From the IMG/VR virus record IMGVR_UViG_3300020196_000003: DNA of 64,000 nt, one strand, 5' to 3'. A model generated the notes under the pieces. It made no database searches and was not told the DNA's origin. It worked only from the letters and a program-made list of their open reading frames with translations. The position numbers were made by a program, and so were the translations under genes. Within the stretch, counting starts at the first letter, position 1; each line of letters starts with the position of its first letter. The stretch is from a virus. Positions 36,254 through 46,900 of this stretch are shown here, piece by piece.

Positions 36254-39240
36254 TATTGATTACAATAGATTTCGAACGATAATCCGATGTTTATTTCAAA
36301 CTGATTAAAGTTCGGTATGCAATTATTATTGAAAACGGTCACAATTTCATCATCTTCATTAATATTATAACTGTAACCTGAAAGTTGTAAATTATTTAAC
36401 GCCTCAGTTAATCCATTAATCCAATCTTGATTAGTCGGAACATTGAAAGGTCCGACTCCAACAAAAAATTCATAGTTTGTAAGTACAACGCCATTTAATC
36501 TCAAATCCGCGTACCATGTAGAAACTACAGTATTCGGTAAACACGTTGCCGAATCCAAAGAATTATTAGAGTAAAAACTGTCTAAAGTAGAATTTAACAC
36601 AGACCCCATCGAGGTAATGATTGGGTTATCATTCCAAGGATATAATCCACATATAACTTGTTGGACTGGACAATCGTAAACAAAAACTTGAGTAGAAAGT
36701 GAACATGGTTTACATGGTACGGGAACAATTTTACATCCTTCTTGTCTTCTCCATACAAACTTTTGTCTATGAAAAATAGAATTTTCTAATTTTACACCTG
36801 TATTCCAAATAGTGGTTGCAGGAACCATTTGTTCAACCATTCTAATCCAATAGCTTCCCATACCATTGATATAATCTATCATAGTTTGATATGTAAAATT
36901 ATCGTTAGTAATTCCTGCTTGTGTTTGTGATTCTAAATATTTCCAATATATAGATTGCAGTGTTGGGTATCCCCCTGTTTTGCCGTCCGTTATAAATTGT
37001 CTATTTCTAGTGTTTACCATGTTTCTCCAAAAAGTTTGAGCAAATTCGAAAAAAGTTTTTTGTTTTGGTTTTGGAACTATTGTTGTCCAATCTATACCTC
37101 CGTATCTCGGGTAGAGATTTTGTACCTTACAAGGCGTATCCGGTGTGTAGAAAAGACCTTGTTCGGGGATTGGGTAATTATATTGTCGAGACATTGTCCA
37201 AACATCATAGACTAAACCTTGTGCGGGATTCATCATAATGTCCACATTTTTAACATTTAATGTTAAACATTCTTCACCAACAGAATAATAAGCCGTAAAT
37301 CCACCATCAGATGCGAGTCTGAGTGTTGGATTTGTATCTGTCCAACTTTTTTTGTTGTCACTAATTCTTTTTAACTTATATCCCAAATTCATGTATGGGA
37401 AATTTCTATACAATTGAAGATATTCTTCACCGTAATTGAAAGGTAATAATTCTGTTTGAAAATTAGGGTTGTTACCTATAAATATTTGATTTGTTGGTGG
37501 TGCAAACTCCGGCATTCTATGATCTGGTGTTGATTCAAACCAACCTCCACCTATTTGGAAAAAATACGATTCTGATTGAGTTGCCATCTTTGGACATCCA
37601 AAATCATCAACAGGATAATCTTCTCTTGTTGTTAAAACTGTTCGATTTGCTAACGTTGTTGTAAAACCAGTGTATTGAATTCCTTGTATGGAAAATGTGT
37701 TGTTTGTTTCTAGTACTGGAAATTGTTCAGTAAATGTTCCTCCAGATAAACTTAAAAACTGTTGTTGGAATTCAGACATGTTGATTCTTTGATCGGCAAC
37801 ATAAATGTATTCGTTAAAATCTATCAGTGCTTCTGGAGCCCCCACCATTCTAAGCAAACATTCTATTGATTTACGAGTTCCTTTGGATTTGAACAACCAC
37901 GCCGAATTTATAATTAAATTTCTATAAAATTGATAGTTTATCTCTTCAGGTGTTGGTCCTATTTGTAATCCAGGAAATGTGTTTGGTTGGGTTGTAAAAA
38001 CCGCTTGTAATAATTCTTCGTTTGATATTGGCGAAAAGTTTGTAACCCATCCTAATGTTTGAGCCAAATTTTTAAGAAGTTGTGATGGTATGTCATTTTT
38101 AACGGTATAATGAACACTATTAATATTCCCTAAAACAGAAATGAAGGACTTTGTTTGATCAAAACTTCTACCATAAATTTGTAACAATTTTTCAAATTTA
38201 CGATCTGGAGTATCAAATTCTTTCAAGCATCCAGTTGTCAAAAATCTCGATATAATATTTGTATTATACGTATCTAAATTAATTGCAAAATCATTAATTT
38301 TGGTAAGATAATTATCGAAAACTTGGGATTCAATATCTAAATTCCACACCCCACTTTTTGGAAATGTTGCAAGTTCAGTTGTTATAGTAAAAGTTCCATC
38401 TTCTTGTTCTTTAGGAACCGTAAAGGTTGCGGTATATGCCGGAGTTATATTTCTATTCAGTAAAAATTTTTCTACTGGATCAAACTTCAAGTTGAAAACT
38501 CTGTTAACTTCAAAACTATTTGGTCGAATAACCAAATAGTCGTATGAAATACTGTCTCGATTAAATGGATTACCATCAACTATCATTTTTAAAGAAGTAG
38601 ATTTATTAGTTGTTGGGTATAAATAATTTATTGGATATTCATTTCCATTCACTACTAATACATATTTTTTATATTCCAACTTCATGTTTCTCAAAATAGA
38701 AATTTCCATTTCATTGAACAACATATTGGTTTCTGCGTTAACTGTGTAATCTATATCGAATGGGTTTCTTATCGATGTTATCAGTATTTCTAAAGTTGTA
38801 TCGTTTTCAACTGAGTCATAAGTTATATTAAAGGCTGTCTCTTGTGTGATAAATTTGTCAGTAGTTGGAGAAACTTCTAAACCTGCCGGAAAAAAATTTA
38901 TTATTTTGGTTATTGATACTGAAAATCTTTTAATCAATGATCCATACTGTGTAAAATTAGTAACTTGGGATAAATCGTAGTTAGGATATACTCTGTAGTT
39001 GTTCGCCAATATTTCCGCGGCTTCGACGTTGTTTTCAATATTTATACCTTGTAAATTTATAGGATCTGAAAAAGTTCCGATATTAAATTTTCTAGTTTGT
39101 TTTTCAGAAATATTTGTGGTAAAGTTGAAATTTGCTTGTGTCAAACCTCCTCCAGTTACTAACTGAACTCCAACCAAATTATTTGAAAATTGATTGGCGG
39201 CGCTACTCTGAGTGGGACAAGTAAATTTATTAACCGCCAT
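36253..39240 (-). CDS. baseplate wedge-like protein (P2 gpI/T4 gp7-like motif)
   Basis: LLKNLAQTLGW ... LFKSKGTRKSIECLL; located in the baseplate block. Confidence 0.55.
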   Translation of the reverse strand: MAVNKFTCPTQSSAANQFSNNLVGVQLVTGGGLTQANFNFTTNISEKQTRKFNIGTFSDPINLQGINIENNVEAAEILANNYRVYPNYDLSQVTNFTQYGSLIKRFSVSITKIINFFPAGLEVSPTTDKFITQETAFNITYDSVENDTTLEILITSIRNPFDIDYTVNAETNMLFNEMEISILRNMKLEYKKYVLVVNGNEYPINYLYPTTNKSTSLKMIVDGNPFNRDSISYDYLVIRPNSFEVNRVFNLKFDPVEKFLLNRNITPAYTATFTVPKEQEDGTFTITTELATFPKSGVWNLDIESQVFDNYLTKINDFAINLDTYNTNIISRFLTTGCLKEFDTPDRKFEKLLQIYGRSFDQTKSFISVLGNINSVHYTVKNDIPSQLLKNLAQTLGWVTNFSPISNEELLQAVFTTQPNTFPGLQIGPTPEEINYQFYRNLIINSAWLFKSKGTRKSIECLLRMVGAPEALIDFNEYIYVADQRINMSEFQQQFLSLSGGTFTEQFPVLETNNTFSIQGIQYTGFTTTLANRTVLTTREDYPVDDFGCPKMATQSESYFFQIGGGWFESTPDHRMPEFAPPTNQIFIGNNPNFQTELLPFNYGEEYLQLYRNFPYMNLGYKLKRISDNKKSWTDTNPTLRLASDGGFTAYYSVGEECLTLNVKNVDIMMNPAQGLVYDVWTMSRQYNYPIPEQGLFYTPDTPCKVQNLYPRYGGIDWTTIVPKPKQKTFFEFAQTFWRNMVNTRNRQFITDGKTGGYPTLQSIYWKYLESQTQAGITNDNFTYQTMIDYINGMGSYWIRMVEQMVPATTIWNTGVKLENSIFHRQKFVWRRQEGCKIVPVPCKPCSLSTQVFVYDCPVQQVICGLYPWNDNPIITSMGSVLNSTLDSFYSNNSLDSATCLPNTVVSTWYADLRLNGVVLTNYEFFVGVGPFNVPTNQDWINGLTEALNNLQLSGYSYNINEDDEIVTVFNNNCIPNFNQFEINIGLSFEIYCNQ

Positions 39241-40145
39241 TAAGGTGTGATATTATTAAATGCTTTAGAAAAATCAATATTGTCGCCTCGGTTTTCTCTT
39301 ACTTCATAGAGTAGAGAGTTGAATTGGTCTTTGATTTCATATAAGTTATACTGTTTATAAATATTATTATCAGTATCGTAAATTGTATAGATACCGTCTT
39401 CAATCGACTTAGTTTGGTTTCCATATAAGGCAATTGCAAGGGTTGAGATGTCTTGGTCTACAATTTCAATTTCTGTTGAAATTGGATTAAAATATGTGTT
39501 TGTTATAATAATATTTTGATTAGGTTGTCCAATGAATGGAGTTGCACTTGGTTTGTTACTAGGCGAAGACGATGGTGATAAAGTACAAAACATCAAATTT
39601 GTTGCACCCTCCACATATCGATATCTAATTGATTTTTGAATTGTGTTGGTTAAGTTTTGAATGACGGGTTCGCAATAAAAGGATGAAGTTATTATTCTAA
39701 AAAAATTTGGAATTTTAGTCCCATCTGAATTCAAATACTCAACTCTAAATCCAACGAGACCTTGATTTATAAATTTATTTTTGTATTCAACAGGAACATT
39801 ATTAAGATCAATTACAATTCCTTTGACATTAGGTAATGCAGACAAAACCCCACAATCAGTTATTGTTGTTCTAATTTGTGCTGGTCTTATCATAAGTGTA
39901 TATATTCCTAAACTAGTGAATTGATCTGCGGGTAATTTTAAACTGTATAATCCCCCTAAAACCTCCACAGTATTTCCACCAGTCTCATTATTGTTAAAGT
40001 AGGGCCTCAAAACATCTTGTGCGTTTAAAGTGGTTAAAATAAAGTTTTCCGTGTCATCTCTTGATGGTGTATAAACCATGACAATTTCTACGTCCTCGGG
40101 GCTTACGTCTGCCGGTCTTATTGTCCCATAATTACCTGTTGCCAT
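39240..40145 (-). CDS. putative structural protein
   Basis: 301 aa in the baseplate block; TATTTAT at 40164-40170. Confidence 0.65.
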   Translation of the reverse strand: MATGNYGTIRPADVSPEDVEIVMVYTPSRDDTENFILTTLNAQDVLRPYFNNNETGGNTVEVLGGLYSLKLPADQFTSLGIYTLMIRPAQIRTTITDCGVLSALPNVKGIVIDLNNVPVEYKNKFINQGLVGFRVEYLNSDGTKIPNFFRIITSSFYCEPVIQNLTNTIQKSIRYRYVEGATNLMFCTLSPSSSPSNKPSATPFIGQPNQNIIITNTYFNPISTEIEIVDQDISTLAIALYGNQTKSIEDGIYTIYDTDNNIYKQYNLYEIKDQFNSLLYEVRENRGDNIDFSKAFNNITP

Positions 40146-40171
40146 TTTTTTTTCTTTTTTTTAATAAATAG

Positions 40172-41347
40172 TTATGTTGATATTTTTTCAATGTTAAAGT
40201 ATTTGTATCCATATTTTTCCAAATCACCTACATTATCAACTTCACCAATTCTTTGTATATTTTCTAGTGGGGTGTATTTACCCCTTTCTACAAAAACATT
40301 AGTTATAATTTCGGGTTCATCAATAACATTAATCAAAGCCTCATTTTTTGTTAGAGCACTCAATACTATGTCACCAGGTGCCAACCCATATGAATCTGTG
40401 ACATATATCGTAAAATCTTCATAATCTAAGTATGTTATTCCATTAATTGTATAGGCAGTATAAGTATTAGATTGATTTGGTCCCCAAAACGTTCCTATTG
40501 CACCTGTTGTTCCAGTTACTTGTAGTCCTAATTTAAATTTGCCAGCATACAAACTTGATTTTGGTCCAAATTGTGATAAATCATTTACAGTCGATAAAGT
40601 TAAACCTGTGATTTGGAATGGAACTGTTGTATAGTTATATGAATAATAATCATTAATATTTGTGTTCGAATCTCCTGTGAAAATATAATCGTAACTTAAC
40701 GGGGTGTTCGCCCAACTACCTCCCGCAGGATAAAATGTTATTGATCCATTAGGGTTTGATATTGTTGCGTTTGTGAAAGGAATATTAATTTTTTTTTGAA
40801 CTTTAGAAATGCCCCAAGGCGAGTTTGCCGTCAAAGTTATTGTATAACTTGTTTGACTAACAGGATAAGTATGTGTAATTGGAGTAATACCCAAAACTAA
40901 TTGTGTTGGGGAACCGTCACCCCAATTAATTGTGTAAGTAGTTAATTGTAAAAATTTTATCAACTCCAAGTCAGAAGTGTTATAGAATGTATAGGTATAA
41001 GGGTTTAATGTGGTTGCAGTAACAATAAAATTGTTTAACACGTCAAGTTGTAAAATCATTCCGTCTGTTGGAGTATAATAACCCAAATCGACAGTAGATT
41101 CAGTAAACATTATATTGATACTCAAACCACTAAGAAATGAAGTGCCTCCAGTGTTTCCTGATAATATATACTCCATTGGAAGATAAATTCCCGTTGTTCC
41201 TGTTGTAGTCGCACTGAGTGTTGTTGCAGTCAAACAACATGGATCTATAATTGTTGTGATATCGGTTTCGCCTGTATACGTTACGTACACTAAATCACTT
41301 TTAATGTTCTCAGGAGATACTATAAAATTATATTGTTGTAGTTCCAT
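40172..41347 (-). CDS. PKD-domain putative structural protein
   Basis: YTINWGDGS...ITHTY...YTITLTA. Confidence 0.65.
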   Translation of the reverse strand: MELQQYNFIVSPENIKSDLVYVTYTGETDITTIIDPCCLTATTLSATTTGTTGIYLPMEYILSGNTGGTSFLSGLSINIMFTESTVDLGYYTPTDGMILQLDVLNNFIVTATTLNPYTYTFYNTSDLELIKFLQLTTYTINWGDGSPTQLVLGITPITHTYPVSQTSYTITLTANSPWGISKVQKKINIPFTNATISNPNGSITFYPAGGSWANTPLSYDYIFTGDSNTNINDYYSYNYTTVPFQITGLTLSTVNDLSQFGPKSSLYAGKFKLGLQVTGTTGAIGTFWGPNQSNTYTAYTINGITYLDYEDFTIYVTDSYGLAPGDIVLSALTKNEALINVIDEPEIITNVFVERGKYTPLENIQRIGEVDNVGDLEKYGYKYFNIEKIST

Positions 41348-42150
41348 TATGGGTTAACGTATTCATACCATTTTATCGGTGTTACTGAATCTCCAACTCG
41401 CAAATTTGTTGAGGTGGAAAACACTTCATATGTTTTAGTTGAGTAATTCAACTCATACCTATAATAGAAATAATCAGAATTATTAAAAGTAAACTTGTTT
41501 GGTAATATTAAATCTTGTTTAGTATTGGTCATTTGTTTGAATGTTCCTATTCTTGCATCAAAAAATTTTGCGGTTACATAAAATTCATCTATATATATGA
41601 AATTTTTGCTCCTTAGCCAATAGATGAAAAAACCTTCTTTATCACCTATAAAATCCAAAATCATTTGCGGTTTTTTAATATCAACTTGAGGAACTAAACT
41701 TGATAATGTTGCAATTTGTGTAGTTCCTTGTTGAACTGGAAGAATTATTGATAAGTAAATTTGTTGTTGTTTTTCATCTACACTATCATAAAAATCCAAC
41801 TTGAAAAAAGATTTTGTAAATGGTTTAGAATAATAATAAATTTCACTAACACTAAATCCATTATTGAGATATGAAATCGACCAATTACCAACTGTATTTG
41901 CAGTTATAGGTTGTGAATAATCATAAAAATAAAAATCATATTGTATCGAGGTGTTTTGGTTTGGAAATATATTTTGTGAAAATCTTGCAATTTCAAAATC
42001 TGCTGCAGGCCCAATGACTTGATCAATAACTTCAACTTCATATTCATCAATCGCCTGATCTTTACCCGTAAAATCCCACTGCATATTGATTGGAACGTTG
42101 ACATAACCATCGATACTACTTTTTATTATTTTAATTCTATTCGCATTCAT
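41347..42150 (-). CDS. putative structural protein
   Basis: 267 aa, coupled within the baseplate block. Confidence 0.65.
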   Translation of the reverse strand: MNANRIKIIKSSIDGYVNVPINMQWDFTGKDQAIDEYEVEVIDQVIGPAADFEIARFSQNIFPNQNTSIQYDFYFYDYSQPITANTVGNWSISYLNNGFSVSEIYYYSKPFTKSFFKLDFYDSVDEKQQQIYLSIILPVQQGTTQIATLSSLVPQVDIKKPQMILDFIGDKEGFFIYWLRSKNFIYIDEFYVTAKFFDARIGTFKQMTNTKQDLILPNKFTFNNSDYFYYRYELNYSTKTYEVFSTSTNLRVGDSVTPIKWYEYVNP

Positions 42151-43948
42151 CGGATAAAGGATCTGCTATTGTTGTAATATTCAACGGTATTGAACCTGAA
42201 GTTGCGTAATCATTGGGTATATTAAATAATTCTGGCGTAATTCTGAATATTGTATTTTTGTATGGATAATGTGCATCATTTAAAAAAGGATAATCTACAC
42301 CAATACCATCAGTATCGATAAACCCGTATGGATATTTATCTCTCCACCTGAAAAGTACCGCTAACGTTGAGTAATAAGAATAATCAGGTATTCCGACTAC
42401 ATTCAATGAATCTGCTTCTTCAACATAATCTGAAAAAGCCGCAATTCGAATTACACTATGTGGTTGATAAAAATAACCAGGTTGATTGGTCGGCGTGAAA
42501 TTAGTAAGTAAGGTAAACCAATTTGTATTATATTTTATTTTGTGTTGATATTCTGAAATAACCCTTTCAAATTGATTATAGTCATTCCATTCACAAAAAT
42601 CCCCATCTATTGTGTCTCCTGATTGTAAAAAATTGTTATAAAAAAATGGACCTGATCCAATAAGTGAAACATAGCTATTTTGTCCTATTAATGGGTTCGA
42701 GTTTATATTATTGTCATCCCACCAAATTTGGGGTTTATTGTTTTCTAAAAAAGTATTAAAATACCAACCTTGTTTTAAATTTTTAGTCCACCCAAAATAC
42801 CCTCTCCAAATTGTAGTAAAAAATAATTCAGATAAAGGTCTTCCTTGATTGTCACTCAATCCTTGTATGTTAACATCACAATTGAAGGAAAGGGTGTATG
42901 TTCTACTTCCTTCTTTCGTTGAGGTCCTGTTTCGATTATCTGGTGTTAATGCGTCTACTTCACATTTTACTTTGTCACCATATATGTTTCTTTCAAAACC
43001 TGCATTTACAACTACCGCACATTCAGGATTTGTAAGAATTCTATGTCTTCTAACATAATATTTACTTATTGTGTCTGCAGAATTGGCAACGTTAATAATT
43101 CTTCTGAAAGTTCCTTGTTGATTACTGTTAAAAGTTGTACCAGTATATCCAATATTTTTTATATTGAATATAAATTGGTCTGAGCCTTTTCCCGAATTTC
43201 CTAAGCTTGCTACTTGAAATATTTCAATTCCATTATAATTGATTGTTAAATAAACATATTCACCAACCTCCAACCCGTGTCTAACGGGACATTTGAATGA
43301 TATTTCATTAGTATTGTTATTATTTCCAACAATTACATAGAATGGGATCCCATCAGATGCCGTCCAATTCCAAGTAATTTGTTTTCTCGGTTCAGAAGCA
43401 AACAATTGTTTATTATAATCATTATTAAATGCGTAACTAATATAATGACTCCAATTATAAGTTGAAGCACTTACGTTTTTGAAGTTCAAATGATTACTAG
43501 GTGGTTGAGTATATCCTACAACATCGTTGTCTGTTCTGATAAAATCGAATTCGAAATATTGTGGAAATCCACTCCAAAGAACTAAAGGATTTATTGGTGG
43601 GTTTGGAATCAATCCATTAATGTTTGCATTACCCGATGGGTAATAATTTGCCGCGTTTTGAACTTCGTTTGTGTAATATAAATTGTTTCTAAAAGGTATA
43701 TATTTTGTAGCTCCTGTCAAACCATTTTCAAATAAAATTGTATATTTCGAAACAGGTCTAAAGACTGTTGAAGCTTGTCGTTCTTCATCAAATACTGTTG
43801 CTAAATTAACATCTACACTTCTATCATATTCGATTAGATTTCTGAAACTTTGAGTAAAAGGCACGTTCAAAAATTCATCTTGTTTAGGTGCGGATTTAAA
43901 TCTTTGTGTTGAAAGAATTATTTTGGTTGAGGGATCTACATTCATCAT
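42137..43948 (-). CDS. putative baseplate/tail structural protein
   Basis: 603 aa, coupled within the baseplate block. Confidence 0.65.
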   Translation of the reverse strand: MMNVDPSTKIILSTQRFKSAPKQDEFLNVPFTQSFRNLIEYDRSVDVNLATVFDEERQASTVFRPVSKYTILFENGLTGATKYIPFRNNLYYTNEVQNAANYYPSGNANINGLIPNPPINPLVLWSGFPQYFEFDFIRTDNDVVGYTQPPSNHLNFKNVSASTYNWSHYISYAFNNDYNKQLFASEPRKQITWNWTASDGIPFYVIVGNNNNTNEISFKCPVRHGLEVGEYVYLTINYNGIEIFQVASLGNSGKGSDQFIFNIKNIGYTGTTFNSNQQGTFRRIINVANSADTISKYYVRRHRILTNPECAVVVNAGFERNIYGDKVKCEVDALTPDNRNRTSTKEGSRTYTLSFNCDVNIQGLSDNQGRPLSELFFTTIWRGYFGWTKNLKQGWYFNTFLENNKPQIWWDDNNINSNPLIGQNSYVSLIGSGPFFYNNFLQSGDTIDGDFCEWNDYNQFERVISEYQHKIKYNTNWFTLLTNFTPTNQPGYFYQPHSVIRIAAFSDYVEEADSLNVVGIPDYSYYSTLAVLFRWRDKYPYGFIDTDGIGVDYPFLNDAHYPYKNTIFRITPELFNIPNDYATSGSIPLNITTIADPLSDECE

Positions 43949-46900
43949 TCTTCTTCTACTGAGACGTAAAGTTTATAAAATCTATCGATTGCCGTTTTAC
44001 CATTATTTAATCCAAAATAGAAGTGATATGGTGCACCAACCACAACCGCTTGATTAGGTATTCCTGAAGGTTGTCCGAAATTTACAACAGTTGGTGGAAT
44101 TAATGGTTCTGGAACTCCAGCCAAAGTATAGTTTGTAATATAACCTAAATTAGTTGTACTAGTTTTATATTTTTCTCCCGATGTTGTAAAATTTAAATCT
44201 TGATAATTTTTCTTAAAAAAACCTTGTCCTATGATATCAGTATACCAATTATTATCTTCTGTTCCAAAAATATTCTGACTAGGATTACTTTTTTTCAAAC
44301 TCCATTTATAGTGAGGAACTTCTTGTGATTTAGGATAACCAAAGTAGTTTTGAATCAAAGGATTGAATGAGTATGTCTCGATTCCTGGCGATTCTATTTG
44401 TCTATATCTTGAACTTTCTTCAGGTGTTTGAAAAAACAAACCAAGTACAGGTTTAATTTCCGCGCCAGAAGGTGGGTTAGAGGGATAATAGTTGTCTCCG
44501 AAAAAAATATAGGAATTTGCATTAGGTCCTTGTAAATTTTCAACTATGAAGGGAAGAACTTTCCATTCAGAGTTAATTGACAACATTTGAGCCCAATCTC
44601 CATCAATTCTATCTCCACCTCGATTACTGTTAAAAAACTGAACGATACCTTTTCCTTCCGAGTTCTTTCCACCAGTACTGATAGGTATGATTCTTTGTCT
44701 GACTCCTTGATTCAATATTCTAGATAAAAATCCTAATTGGACTATATCTGCGTTATCTTGGTAAGATGTTGACTTTAACTGATCGGCATAATATGACGAT
44801 GCATCAGTTTTACAACAAATTTCATTAATAAAAGAATCCCTTGGACCTAAGTCCACTAATGTAGTTGGAAATTGTATTTGTCTTTTATTATAACCATATC
44901 CAGGATAGTTTATCAGAGATGAGGGAATGTTGGGATTTGGGGTCGGACTTGCCTTTCCAATAAATTCTTGAATTGTATTATTCCAAGGTGAAGACCTGTA
45001 ATAAAAAATATTATTGATATCATCGAATATGATTACATTTTTACAATATGAATAGTTTGATGATGAAGGATTTAAACTAAATTGGAGTCTTTTATTAAAG
45101 TTAAACATATATAAAACTCCGTTTATCCAATTGTTTTGAAATGCTTGTGCAAATACCCCCCTACAAGCCGCAAAATTCATTGTAAATCTAACTTTCCATT
45201 CTAAAAACAATCTCACATCTTCATCGTATTGTGAGACATATTTTTTGTTCAATAAACAGTAGCATCCATTAATCATTCTATTTGCAGGAATTGAGCATTG
45301 TCCCGCAGGTAACACACCAACGTTATTACCCGAACCACTATAACAAGCTAAAGGAACCATTCCCTCGCAAGTCAAAGTATTAGTTAAACCTGATGTGATA
45401 TCATCTTGATCTAAAGATTCACCACTCGGTAAATCTAAACCTGCACTAATTGTTGGTGGAGATAATACTCCTCCAACGGCGTAAAATGCAAAATTATTAT
45501 TTTGATGTAACGCATATCCTGTATTAATTTGTGCGCCATTTTCTGTTTTGGTAGAAGTTGGTAATCTGTCACTTCTCATAACTATTCTATTGGAGTCTAA
45601 GAAATTAATCTCTGAAAGTGGATATGTATAGTATGCCGGTGAATATGTAGATACAAGTCCTGCTTGAGCTATAAAATATGGACCATTTACTGGATGTTTA
45701 TAATATTGTTGTTTCTGACAATTTGAATTGCAACTACCACCACTACCCGTAGTTAATGCAATAGGTAAACTTACGTTTGAATTCCATCTCATATATGTAC
45801 CCCCAACAGTATAAAAAGAAACAGGGAGTAATGGTAAAGATTGAGAGTTGATAAGTGTTTGTTGTAAATTTGAAGTACTATTAGTATTTGTATTAAAAAA
45901 TGATGGAAATGGGGAATAGTTATTACTTAGTGTATCGTCCGTACTTAAATAATAATATGGTAAGTTAGATGTGAATGCGGTGTAGGATCCCGAATCAGCA
46001 GTAAAAGTGTATGAAGGGAAGTATAAATTATTAGCATTATTAGTCGATGTATCGTGTTGTTGTGGTTTTACTCCAGTTGGTAGTGCTTGTATTGGTATAT
46101 TCAAATAATACTGCCCTTGAATATTAACTTGGTTATAAGAGTTATAACCGAAAATACGAGATAAATCATAGTTTATAGTTTGTTTTGGTGTGTTTGGATC
46201 CACACCTCTAACAAAGATACAAATTTCTAAGTTTTCGTAATTACTCATGTATTTTATATAATCCGCTATTGTTTCAGTAATAAAACCATCTAGATCACAG
46301 TTTGGTCTTATATATTGCATGTTATGATATAAATAAGCTTCAGGAAAAAAACCTGAAAGTCCTATTGGGTTTTTTATATTGTTAAATTCTGAAATTGTTA
46401 TTCCTGTTATAAGTTGGAAATATTCTAAATCAGGATTGAATTGTAGATATGATTGTTCAACGGCAACGTTACCGTTTACAGGTAATTGACTGACTTGTGG
46501 AGTATTTATAACAATTGTAGCCGAGAGTGACGCGGTTGGATTTGAGGGATTTGCGTATGGAACTGTAGTTGATGTTACACCCGTTGTAGTTACACCAGTA
46601 ATTGCATTATTTTGGAATTGGTTTAAAGTAGCCCCTGTCAAATTAATCATTCTTGATATTAGACCACTATTTGTTGACAAAGGGTTTTGAAATGTTAATA
46701 GATTTCCTGCGCCAATTTGTGACGCGCTTCCTGCATTCATTAGTATAACAACAACTTGATCTTCAAAAGGAGTTGAACCTGAAGTTGGGTTTACAATTGT
46801 TTTGATTTTATTTACACCTGAATTAGCTACATTCGATGTTCCATTGTAAAAATATTTATCTCTTGTGTTAAATTCGTTTAGTTTTTGTGCTAAAGTTACT